Source: Gekko japonicus (lineage: Eukaryota). From it: a stretch of DNA of 64,000 nucleotides. The stretch's first letter is position 1, and each line of letters starts with the position of its first letter. Positions 12,403-21,747 of this stretch are shown here, one piece after another. The translations under genes and the position numbers were made by a program. Under the pieces are notes generated by a model, which was not told where the DNA came from, did no database searches, and worked only from the letters and a program-made list of their open reading frames with translations. The stretch spans positions 954,483 through 1,018,482 of the forward strand of contig NW_015160843.1 in the NCBI RefSeq assembly GCF_001447785.1, written 5' to 3'.

Positions 12403-13413
12403 CAGGGCTCTTTTTGTTGCAGGAACTCCTTTGCGTATTAGGCGACACACCCCTAATGTAGCCAATCCTCCAAGAGCTTACAGAGCTCTTCTTACAGGGG
12501 CTACTGTAAGCAGGGTCAGCCTGAGGTATTTCTGTGCCCTAGGCAAGGCCAGCTTGAGGCGCCCGCGCCACCCCGGTGATGCCAACCTCCCAGTGGGGCC
12601 TGGAGACCTCCCAAAAACACGCCCGGGGGGGGGCACCAGGTGCCACAAGCTAGTCTTGCCCCTGCCCGGGTCAGGCCCAGGCAGCTTCCTCCAAGAAAGG
12701 GCTTGGGCCGGCTGGGGGAGAGGGTGAGCATGCTTACTGGCACCCTGGGGTGCCCAGGGGAGGGGGGGCTACCATTGCCCCTGCAGGCCAGGTTGCAAGC
12801 TGAGCAGGGCCTGCAGCAAAGGTCACGGGCGGCGCAGAGGAGACCTGGAGTGGGAAGGAGCCTCACCTTGCCTCCCTTGCTGGTCCACCATTGAGGGGAT
12901 GGCCGGCCAGCCTCACCTTGCCTTTCACCTGGTCGGACCTCCCCCTGCTGCTGCGGGCTTCTTCCCCCTCCTCCACGGTTCCTCTGCTGCCATTCCCCCA
13001 CCTTCCTCATGGGGCCATGGGTGGTGTGAGAAAGGCACCCCCTCCCCCCGCAACAAAAGCTCATGCAGCCAGTGCGGCGGGGGAGAAGCTGTTGGCGGCA
13101 GTGGGGCAGTGGATGAAGGCCATGGGCAGCACCAGCGCCCTGCTTGAGAGCCACCATCATCACAGTGGTAGTCCCGCCGGCAGCGAGGAGAGCATGGAGG
13201 GGGGAGGCACAGTTTGGCGCCAGCACCCTGCACGAGAGTGGGGGCAGGGAGGCAGGTCCACTTTGGCACCCTAAGGGCCGGCCCACGCTCTAGGCGAATG
13301 CCTAGTTTGCCTAGCGGGTGAGCCGGCACTGACTGTAAGCTCTTGGAGGATTGGCTACATTTAGGGTGTGTCGCCTAATATGCAAAGGAGTTCCTGCTAC
13401 AAAAAGAGCCCTG
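12403..13413. mobile_element. Palindromic hAT-type MITE, split by a nested element
   Basis: TIR cagggctctttttgt / acaaaaagagccctg. The arms are near-perfect reverse complements. Degenerate TSD tgtagatc / taagatca. Confidence 0.85.
12511..13331. mobile_element. GC-rich non-autonomous hAT element nested in the MITE
   Basis: Perfect 8-bp TSD actgtaag (12503-12510 and 13332-13339). Ends cagggtcagc / gccggcactg. Confidence 0.85.
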
Positions 13414-13689
13414 TAAGATCAATGTTTACTTCCAACTGAATATGTGTGATGATCCCATCTCCTCCTCCAGGCAAGACATGGGGAGTTTCATAAAGGCTCC
13501 TGGGTTCAGTCATGATATTGGAAAGTCCCAGGAAAGATGAGGAAGGGTGTGGTGAAGTTAGAGACTGATTAAGTGCAATCTCCCCCAGCTCAGTGGCATA
13601 TCATTTTCAATAGCAAAAGACTTTTCAACACTGGAGACATGACCCAATATCCTGGCACACACCAGAGGTGTCTGCCGAGCTCTCTCTGT

Positions 13690-14162
13690 GTGAAGTGCCA
13701 TTAAACCACTTCCAATTTATGGCAACCCTATGAATTAACGTCCTCCAAAACATCATGTTGTTAACAGCCTTGCTTGGGTCTTACAAACTGAGGGCCATGG
13801 CTTCCTTTACTGAGTCAGTCCATCTCATGCTGGAGTGATCCATCACACATCTTTTCCTGCTGCCTTCAACTTTTCTTAGTATTATTATCTTTTCTAGTGA
13901 CTTTTGTCTTCTCATAATTTGACCAAATTACGGTAGCTTCTGTTTAGTCATTTTAGCTTCTAGTCCTCCTCCTCCTTTAGTCATTTTAGCTTCTAGGGAG
14001 AGTCCAGGCTTGAATTGTTCTAGAACCCACTGATTTGTCTTTTTAGTGGTCCACAGTATCCATAAAACTCTCCTCCAACACCACATTTCAAACAAATCCA
14101 TTTTCTGTCCAGCTTTCACAACCATACACGGTAATGGAGAATACTATGGCATGAATTAACTT
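13690..14162 (-). mobile_element. RTE (BovB-like) LINE 3' fragment
   Basis: Translates to DLFEMWCWRRVLWILWTTKKTNQWVLEQFKPGLSLEAKMTK, like the RTE/BovB ORF C-terminus. Has an internal duplication ttagtcattttagcttctag x2. Confidence 0.85.
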
Positions 14163-14599
14163 GACAGCTGGGCAACAAGTATCACTAATCCAATCCAGTC
14201 ATTGATAAAGGCAGCCTAACATCCGAGCCATCAAGAGGATGTTTAAACCCATCATTCACACCCAGTTCTTTGTCAATATGCTAAAACCGTCCAATGATCA
14301 TCCCACCTTGGCATGTTAGGTAATTCCTACTAATCTTCATGCCAGATTTTGACTGCAGTTACCTTCAAACTGCCCAGTCAAATTCAAGCCTCATATCTTG
14401 GACCAGTCATGTTCCTGGGAGAGCGGGTTCCCGTCTCTAGCTATGGGACCCTTCCCCATAAAAAGACCATCCCAAGTCTGTGGAAACTGTGCCAGGTTTT
14501 CCCACTGCCTGGACACCTCTGCAATGGCTTTGCAGGCTCCCCTTTTCCTCCTCCATGCTCTGCTCCTTGGACCTCAAGCCCCAAATTTACACTTATATG

Positions 14600-15800
14600 C
14601 CCCTTCTCTAAAACTTCCCAATTTCTTCTCTTCTCCTTTTTACAAGTGCACCCTTTTGTTGGAGTATGTGTGTGTACTTAAAGAATCAATTCTAAGGTGT
14701 CTAGTATAGGTTCTTTACATTTTATTTTAATTTTATTCTGTATACAATAAAGCTGTTTGTGTTTACAATCACTTCCTCTCTCTTCATATTTATGTTTTGG
14801 GGTACCCCTACCCTGGTATACTCAGACTACAAGGTCTTGCATAAGTCCTTTCTGGAACTCTTTTTTAAAGCTGATTTCCTGTTCTCTGGGTCCAGTTTGG
14901 ATGATATAGGATCAAAGAGTTCAAAAGTAAAGTCCTTTAGTCCAACCAATAGAGATTCAATTCTTTTGGACTTGAAGCTAATGAATATCTCTGGTGGAGG
15001 GACTGTCATGAACCCATACAAATCAGAACAGCAATTTAAATACCAAAGGAATTTTGAAGCACATCAACAATATTAATCAACTTTAGCCTCTGTTATCAAG
15101 GCTTTTCTTGAAAAGTCAGAAAATGAGCAAGTCGCCTAGTCTTGCTTGAGAAGTTTTTTTCTATCCTGGATCAAGGTCACAAAAGCAACACAGGGGGAGT
15201 GCTCACCTTTCTCTAATCCTATGTATCTTTTTCATTCACTGAACATCTCAAAACCATTCTCCATCAGACAGTGCAATAGGCTTTCCTCTGTATCTTGGGC
15301 TTCTGTAACAGCACCAGATATTTAAACGTCATAAGGTAGATTTCAGTGACGCTCAAAATTATACCTGGAATCCATTTCTGGAATTAGAAATGGACTGCAA
15401 GATTTATGAGGTTGTCGGTTGACAAACACGATGCGGATGGCTGAAGTTTACAAAGACGAATGGATTCTGGCAACTTCTTAATAACATTTATGCAAATGCA
15501 GGCTCATCTCTATTAAATCACACTGCCATGGGCCATGGAAGTCTGTTGCTGGTAGAGCTCTGAGTATATGAGGCAGGGAAGCAGGAGACTTGGACACAGT
15601 GAAATTACAGGATAAGCTCCATGTCTGCCAAAAAAAATGTGATAGGGTAACAGTATGAAAATCAGTCTTACCTTGCTTGCAATGCCTTTTTGCTCTTTAA
15701 TCAAACATCAAATTCATTTGCATTGATAATTTGGTCACAACTTAAAACAAGTGGTACTTCATGTACTGTTTCTTCTTTACAGTTGGTGCCACTACAGTAG
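14600..15800 (-). pseudogene. Decayed rve-type integrase/transposase (Ginger2/KRBA2/SCAND3-like)
   Basis: Manual minus-strand translation across stops and frameshifts gives, in order: LRALPATDFHGPWQCDLIEM (WQCDLIEM at 15528-15505), INVIKKLPESIRLCKL, AIRIVFVNRQPH(K)/ILQS..NG, RLNIWCCYRSPRY, and a C-terminal KGCTCKK...KC remnant near 14650. Confidence 0.55.
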
Positions 15801-16586
15801 CCAGGTTAATTTGATGGATTACTTGGATTACATAACCCTGGGGTCATTGTGGACAGGTTGTACATAATTTAAAATCAGCTATATTGAAAGCTAATATGTT
15901 GTCTTTGCATCTACAAAAAGGCAGCATTAATCAATATTTATCATATGGGTGCATATTCAGAATTTACCAGACTGAATTACCATTTCCAAATGGCAGTGCA
16001 AAAATTCCAGAAACATTTCTGATCCAGTTTCGAATACTCAGCTAACATCAACATACTTGGTTTTTTCAAGCAAAATGTCCAAGGAACAGAAAAGATATGT
16101 CATACAGCTTCCTTTCCCATCCCGCTGGTTCTACTAGCAAGAGTTAGTTAATACTTTTAAAGTAGTTAATGGTTGTTAGTTAATGCTTTTTCTGTCAAAT
16201 TGAGTGGATGAAGAAGAGAGAGGTGGACACCAATTGGCAAGCACTGCAAGAACACACATGCATAATATATTTGCAATCCAATTTAGAACCATTTCAAGCC
16301 TTTGATAGAAATCAGACCCTTGTTTTTTTGAGTGTTCAAGGATGCAGCTTGCAATTTACAATCAAATCACAATTTCAGCAGAAGAGTGCTAGTATCACTG
16401 ATAGTTTTCTGGCAGGGCCCCTGTGTCTTTGAGAACAAAAATCCATCAGGTGAAGCACACAGATACGGTGGTAGGGGGAAAAAAACCCCTTTATCTATAG
16501 AAATCCTTATTCTCAGCATCTCCAGGGCTCTGGGGGAAAAACAACCCCAAGACCTGTCAAGGTGGACAGCTGTATTGATCTGAAGC

Positions 16587-16748
16587 ACCAGAATAGAGTC
16601 CAACGGCACCTTTAAGACCAACAAAGTTTTAGGTCAAGATGTGAGCTTTTGTCTGCATGCACACTCAAAGTGTGCTTGCACACCAAAGCTCACACATTGA
16701 ATAAAACTTTGTTGGTCTTAAAGGTGCCATGGGACTCTAACTTTGTTC
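16587..16748. mobile_element. Head-to-head Penelope terminal-repeat palindrome
   Basis: gagtccaacggcacctttaagaccaacaaagtttt ... aataaaactttgttggtcttaaaggtgccatgggactc is the typical reptile Penelope end, present in both orientations. Confidence 0.7.
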
Positions 16749-17889
16749 CCAAGACCTGCCTTTAGCCTTATTTATTTTACTTTATGTATAGTCTGCCTTT
16801 CTCACTGAGACACAAGGAAGAGAACCTAGTGTAAGTCAATGCAATCAATAGAATGAGACATCTGATAAGCAATGCAGTAGGGCTAGGATTACAAAAATCT
16901 GGAATAAAACATGAAGTATTAGACATGATATGTTACACAATGTAGAAAGTGGCAGTACATAAAAACAAAACAATACAGTGAAAGAAGGGTAATATATACG
17001 GCAAATAGATAATACATAGTAAACACAGGTTCTGGTTCACAGTCTCATTCCTTTTACAAAAGTGCCTTGCTGAACCATTTCATTATAATAAAGCCTTAAT
17101 ATCTTTATAAAACTGGCCTCCTGAACAATTCTGTATTACATAAATGAAATGACAAAAGTGCGGGAGCCTTCCTAACCACCTTGTGTGGGCCATTCCACAA
17201 GGTGGGGGCCACAACAAAGAATGCAGGTGTACAGGCAGTTGTTGATTTTACCCATTTGTAGGTTGCTAAAACTCTACCAACGACAAAGAGAACCTGGAAT
17301 GCTCAGCCTCCCCTCAGCAGCATTCCCCATGCATATAAAATGTGCAAATAGTTAATGGGAATGTTCAGTCATCTGAGTTTGGCATTCCACACCATTTTTT
17401 TCCTGCAGATAGCTGCTGGATCAGACTGAGTTTCTATGCTTCTGGTTCAATGAGGAGCTGCATGCTACTGAGCCGGTTTCTTTAGACATTGGGTGAGGTC
17501 ACAGCGGGTTGAATCTGCTTTGCTCTTTGCAGTCAAAGCCCAGCCAAGCAAGCAGAACCAGGAACGAAGCACAGCTGGTGGCGATCGATAAATCAATAGA
17601 TACATCAACACACAAATAAACAAAGACAGGCACAAGGGAAGAGAGAGAGAAGGAAAAAAGAATTACAGAGGCAGGAAATATATCTAAACAGTTTGGCTAA
17701 TGTCAGAAGGGCACTGGGCATAAAGATCAGAGAAGCCCAGCCCTTAGGCAAATCTGTACAAGGCTTGATGACTTAGCTCACATTAAGCACTGTACTTAGC
17801 AGGCATGACATTTTAAAGTGTGTAGGCAAGAAAGCTCTTTTTTCACGAGTATCTCAATGGAAAAAATACCTTATTTCTTATCTGCCAGA

Positions 17890-18088
17890 TGCCCAGACTA
17901 GCCCAATCTCATCAGACCTTGGAAGCTAGGCAGGGTTGGCCTTGGTTAGTATTTGGATAGGAGACCACCAAGGAAGTCCAGGGTTGCTACGCAGAGGCAG
18001 GCAACAGCAAACCACCTCTGAATGTCTCTTGCCTTGAAAACCCTGCGGGGTCACCCTAAATTGGCTGTGGCTTGATGGTGCTTTCCAC
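17890..18088 (+). mobile_element. 5S rRNA-derived SINE with RTE-type tail (second copy)
   Basis: gcccaatctcatcagaccttggaagctaggcaggg...ggttagtatttggataggagacc, then aaaccacctctg...gccttgaaaaccc. Confidence 0.85.
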
Positions 18089-18398
18089 TACTATCAATCT
18101 GCCAGATTGGGAGATTGGGGGGGGGGGGTGTTTCTAATTTTTCTAACGCCTAATTCTGCAGTCTCAAAGATGTATCCAATGGCAACTTTACAAGATCAAT
18201 TTTGTTAGGAGGTAATTCCTGTTACTTTACAAACGTAGGGATCGAGCAAGTATGTAGCAAGCAGACAGAGAGGCAGTGCCTGGGACTGGGATGGACTGGG
18301 ACATTCAAGCCTCCCTGGCAGTACTGCAGGGACCACTCAGCTGAAACCTGGACTGCAGTGGTGATGACAACAGCTGTAGGCACTGTTTTTGTCAGTAG

Positions 18399-18615
18399 AG
18401 AGCAAGTGTGGTATAGTGGTTAGACTGTCAGACTAGGATGTGGGAGCCCCAGGTTTGAATCCCCACTCTGCCATGGAATTCATTGGGTGATTTTGGGCCA
18501 GTCATACACTCTCAGCCTAGCCTACCTCAATGTTGTTTTTGAATATAAAATGGAGGAAAGGACAATGATGTGAGCTACTTTCAGTCCCCATTGTGCAGAA
18601 AGGTGGGGTAGAAAT
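18399..18615 (+). mobile_element. tRNA-head/CORE-like SINE with L2 tail (Squam3-like)
   Basis: A-box tggtatagtgg and B-box ggtttgaatcc. Body tgattttgggccagtca...ctcagcctagcctacctca. Tail aaggtggggtagaaat. A related partial copy lies at ~42155-42335. Confidence 0.7.
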
Positions 18616-18751
18616 GCCATAAATTGTAAGCTTCCTTAAATCAAGAAGAAAGGTGTTTTGTAAAGGTTTTAATAAATAAATAAAATAGTTGTTGAGGGCT
18701 TTCATGGCTGAAGTTCATTAGTTGTACATTAGTTGTTATAGAACCTTCTCT

Positions 18752-18995
18752 GGAAAGCTCCTCCATTAGCATGTCACAGCCTGGGAAACTCCTACAAGAT
18801 AATGACTCAGCCCTATCCCACCTTCCTGAGTAGATATAGATTACCTGCCTACCATTTTCCTTCTCACCTTGACACAGAGAGTACTCCATCTTTCTGTGTT
18901 ATACCTCTGAGGATGCCAGTCACAGCTGCTGGTGAAATGTCAGGTATTACAATGCCAAGACCACGGCCATACAGCCCAGAAAATCTACAACAACT
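18752..18995 (+). mobile_element. Penelope-like (Poseidon-type) terminal-repeat fragment
   Basis: Near-identical to the reverse complement of ~60750-61005, which is attached to a GIY-YIG/RT ORF. Confidence 0.85.
18901..18947 (+). ncRNA. Minimal type I hammerhead ribozyme motif (degenerate)
   Basis: Stem I atacct/aggtat, core CTGAGGA, stem II gccag/ctggt, GAAA, then tgtc (canonical cgtc). Confidence 0.7.
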
Positions 18996-20434
18996 AAATA
19001 GTTGCTGCAGTCCAGGTCTGTGCACTGCTGGAGCCATTTGGCTCAGCTTGCTCATTGCTGCCAGCAGCTGTCCAAGACAGCAGTTCACCAGGAATGTTCC
19101 CACTAAGTTAAAGGGACAGTCCAGTCCAGTGTCAGGATCCACAGCAAGACAATGAAGTACACACTTCTAGGAAGGTTTTACTTTTATTGAAAAGCCATAG
19201 ATGCAGTAACATGAACACTGTTAGGAATGGCGGGTTACCTATGTGCATAATAGGATAGAGGGCATTCGTATGCGCCCCCCCAACTACTACCCAATTAGAT
19301 GGGCTCTCGCATGTGGGCATTAGGCAGATTCTCTAACGGCTGGCAAGCTGGGAAAATAAAAAGCTTCCCACGAAACCTAGACACACCAACTCCTCCTGTG
19401 ACCTTGAGAGATACGGCGTTAGGAATGCAAAGCAATTAGAAACGTACAACACACTTATGGCAGCTATAGCTGACACCCAGGTTTGTCCAAAAAAAGCATC
19501 TGTCCCCCAAAGCAATATTAATACCCCGAAGCCTTAAGGCATAAAACCTTATAATGGCTTTTTTCTCTCTGGGCCAGTTCAAATCTGCTCCTTTTATGGA
19601 TCTCACTTTCTCCTCCCATTTACCAGTTACAGGCTGTTCCTACCATGCAGGTAGGTGTTAGCAGACCATCCTAATGGCTAAGGCGATTTGCTGCCTTGCT
19701 TGTTTATAATTAGAATTCATTATTAGAGGCCAAGTCATGGCAGTGCTAAAGGGAAGCTTGGAATAAGGGGACAATATGACCCCTTATTATAGTACTTGGG
19801 TGAAGATCTGAGAAGTTGACATGACTCTAGAATCCAATATTTTAAGGGGAAAAACACAACTTTTATGACAAGTGTGAACACAAACATGGAACAAGATGGG
19901 GTTGCTTCCTGATTCACTTAAATGGGGCCAATATAATTTGCAATTATGTAAGTTAAAGCAGGAAGATGCTGCTAATGAGGCAGTAAACGGCAAGGGAGCT
20001 GTCCTTGTTAAGCCTATAAGAGCAACCAATCGCCAGTCTAGACAATAGTTCTCCATGATCCCAGATTTAATGCACCCTTTAATTAATAGCAGGAGGTTAC
20101 TGTTAACAAGAGTAGTCTCTGCCTGTGTGTATAGTACTAGTTAACAGGGCATGTAATATATTCTAGTGACAGTGAGACCAATATAATGTGAGCTCAGAGG
20201 TTTCTGGGGTACAGGATTTAATACAAACGGGATTAATTTATGCCAGGTGATGCACTTGCAGATGGCATACAAATAGATCCACTGGTGGGCATTCCTTGCT
20301 TTTGTGGTCTATGCTACTTGTATATCCATTTCCCTGTCAACAGCTCATGTATGAGAAATATACATCCTCCTGGTCATGGTTCCACTCCTGCAGTTTATAA
20401 TGGACAAAAATTGAGTCACATCAGGAAAATGAAC

Positions 20435-21747
20435 ATTTATTTATTTATTAATTTATTATATTTATACCCCGCCCATCCTGTGAACAGGCTCAGGGCGGCT
20501 AACAAGAGCGGTACAATGTACCTAATTAGCATAAACCATAAAAGTTTAAAACAACATAAAAATACATACTAACTCATATCAGCATTATGAAAATAACAGC
20601 AATAAAGTGCTCGCAGTGCTAAAAGATTAGATGGCATGCTCTTCCAATCTAAATCTACGTTGTCCGTCCGGTCATTATTCCTCGAGCAGATAGAGGCCTA
20701 GTGATGCATCTGGGCCAGTCCTAGGTAGGGATGTGCATTCGGTTCATCTGAACCGAATGCACCCCCGAAAATGGCCTATTCAGGAAGAGCATTGGACCAA
20801 GGGATACTTTTTTCCCACCATAGAGAACAATGGAGGGGATGGGGGCAACCTGTTTGGGGTCCTGTAGAATTGGACCCCCTGGTCCAATGCTCTTGAAACT
20901 TTCTTTGTATCTTGGGGAGAGGCTCCAGCAGCTACCCTGCGAGTTTGGAGTATTTCCCTCAAGCCCCCTCCCCTCCAGCCCCCAGAATATACCCTATGTT
21001 TTCGCCTTTGACTTCAATGGCCCATAGGATATAATGGGGCTGAAATTGACATTCAGCTGGCCGACTTCCCAGCTCCTACTGACGAAACTGACACACGGGA
21101 GTCTTACTGCAAGCCGAAATTAATTCTGCCCAATTCGGTCAATCCGAATGGGCCGAATTTTTTTTTTTGCACACCCCTAGTCCTAGGTTCCAGAAGTTCA
21201 ATGGAATCATTGATGGTAACAGTAGTGGCGGCTCCTATTTGAAGGCCTGGTGGAAGAGCTCCATCTTGCAGGCCCTGCGAAATTGTAAAAGGTCCCTCAG
21301 GGCCCTGATCTCCTCCAGGAGTTCATTCCACCAGTGAGGAGCCGCCACAGAAAAAGCTCTGGTCCTGGTAATGCGAGCCTTGCATCCTTGGGGCCCGGAA
21401 TAGTCAAGCAATGTTGGGCCCCTGACCATAGTGCTCTCTGGGGTACATATGGGGAAAGGCGGTCCCTCAGGTAGGTTAGACCCTGGCCATATAGGGCTTT
21501 AAAGGTAAGTACTAGCATCTTGAAGTGAATTCGGTATGCTATTGGCAGCCAGTGCAGTGACATAAGCACAGGCTGGATGTGCTCCCGATGTGGGAGATCC
21601 GTCAACAGCCTGGCTGCAGTGTTCTGCACCAGCTGAAGCTTCCAGATTTGGGACAATGGCAGCCACATGTAGAGAGCATTGCAGTAGTCAAGTGTTGAGG
21701 TGATCGTCACATGGATCACTGTCGCCAGGTCGTGGCAGTCAAGGAAG
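20435..21747 (-). mobile_element. L2 LINE 3' segment (ORF2 C-terminus, 3' UTR, tail), interrupted by a MITE
   Basis: Encodes DLATVIHVTITSTLDYCNALY...KLQLVQNTAARLL...SLHWLPI. Antisense tail tttatttattt...tttataccccgccc at ~20435-20500. Confidence 0.9.
20726..21179. mobile_element. hAT-like MITE (TAGGGATGTGCA TIR)
   Basis: Ends tagggatgtgca / tgcacaccccta with perfect 8-bp TSD gtcctagg (20718-20725, 21180-21187). Confidence 0.9.

Noticed and set aside
12431-13329. Long overlapping ORFs (up to 256 aa) on both strands
   Set aside because: They lie in a GC-rich TSD-flanked non-autonomous element. The P/G/R-rich translations have no domain motifs, and stop scarcity is explained by composition.
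13440-14400. Resemblance to Mononegavirales/bornavirus L motifs (SNIMTEPRSL vs LVTDPTSL; EGNC.KIW vs EGMRQKLW)
   Set aside because: No GDNQ motif at the expected spacing and the matches are too short. The adjacent sequence fits an rve integrase better.
15625-15671. Minus-strand donor (gtaag) and acceptor (ttttggcag) pair
   Set aside because: The implied intron is only ~46 nt, and the integrase-like frame reads straight through it.
19219-20110. Possible solo LTR beginning tgttagg, with elevated CpG
   Set aside because: I could not find a matching ...aca end with a TSD, so the boundaries are unsupported.
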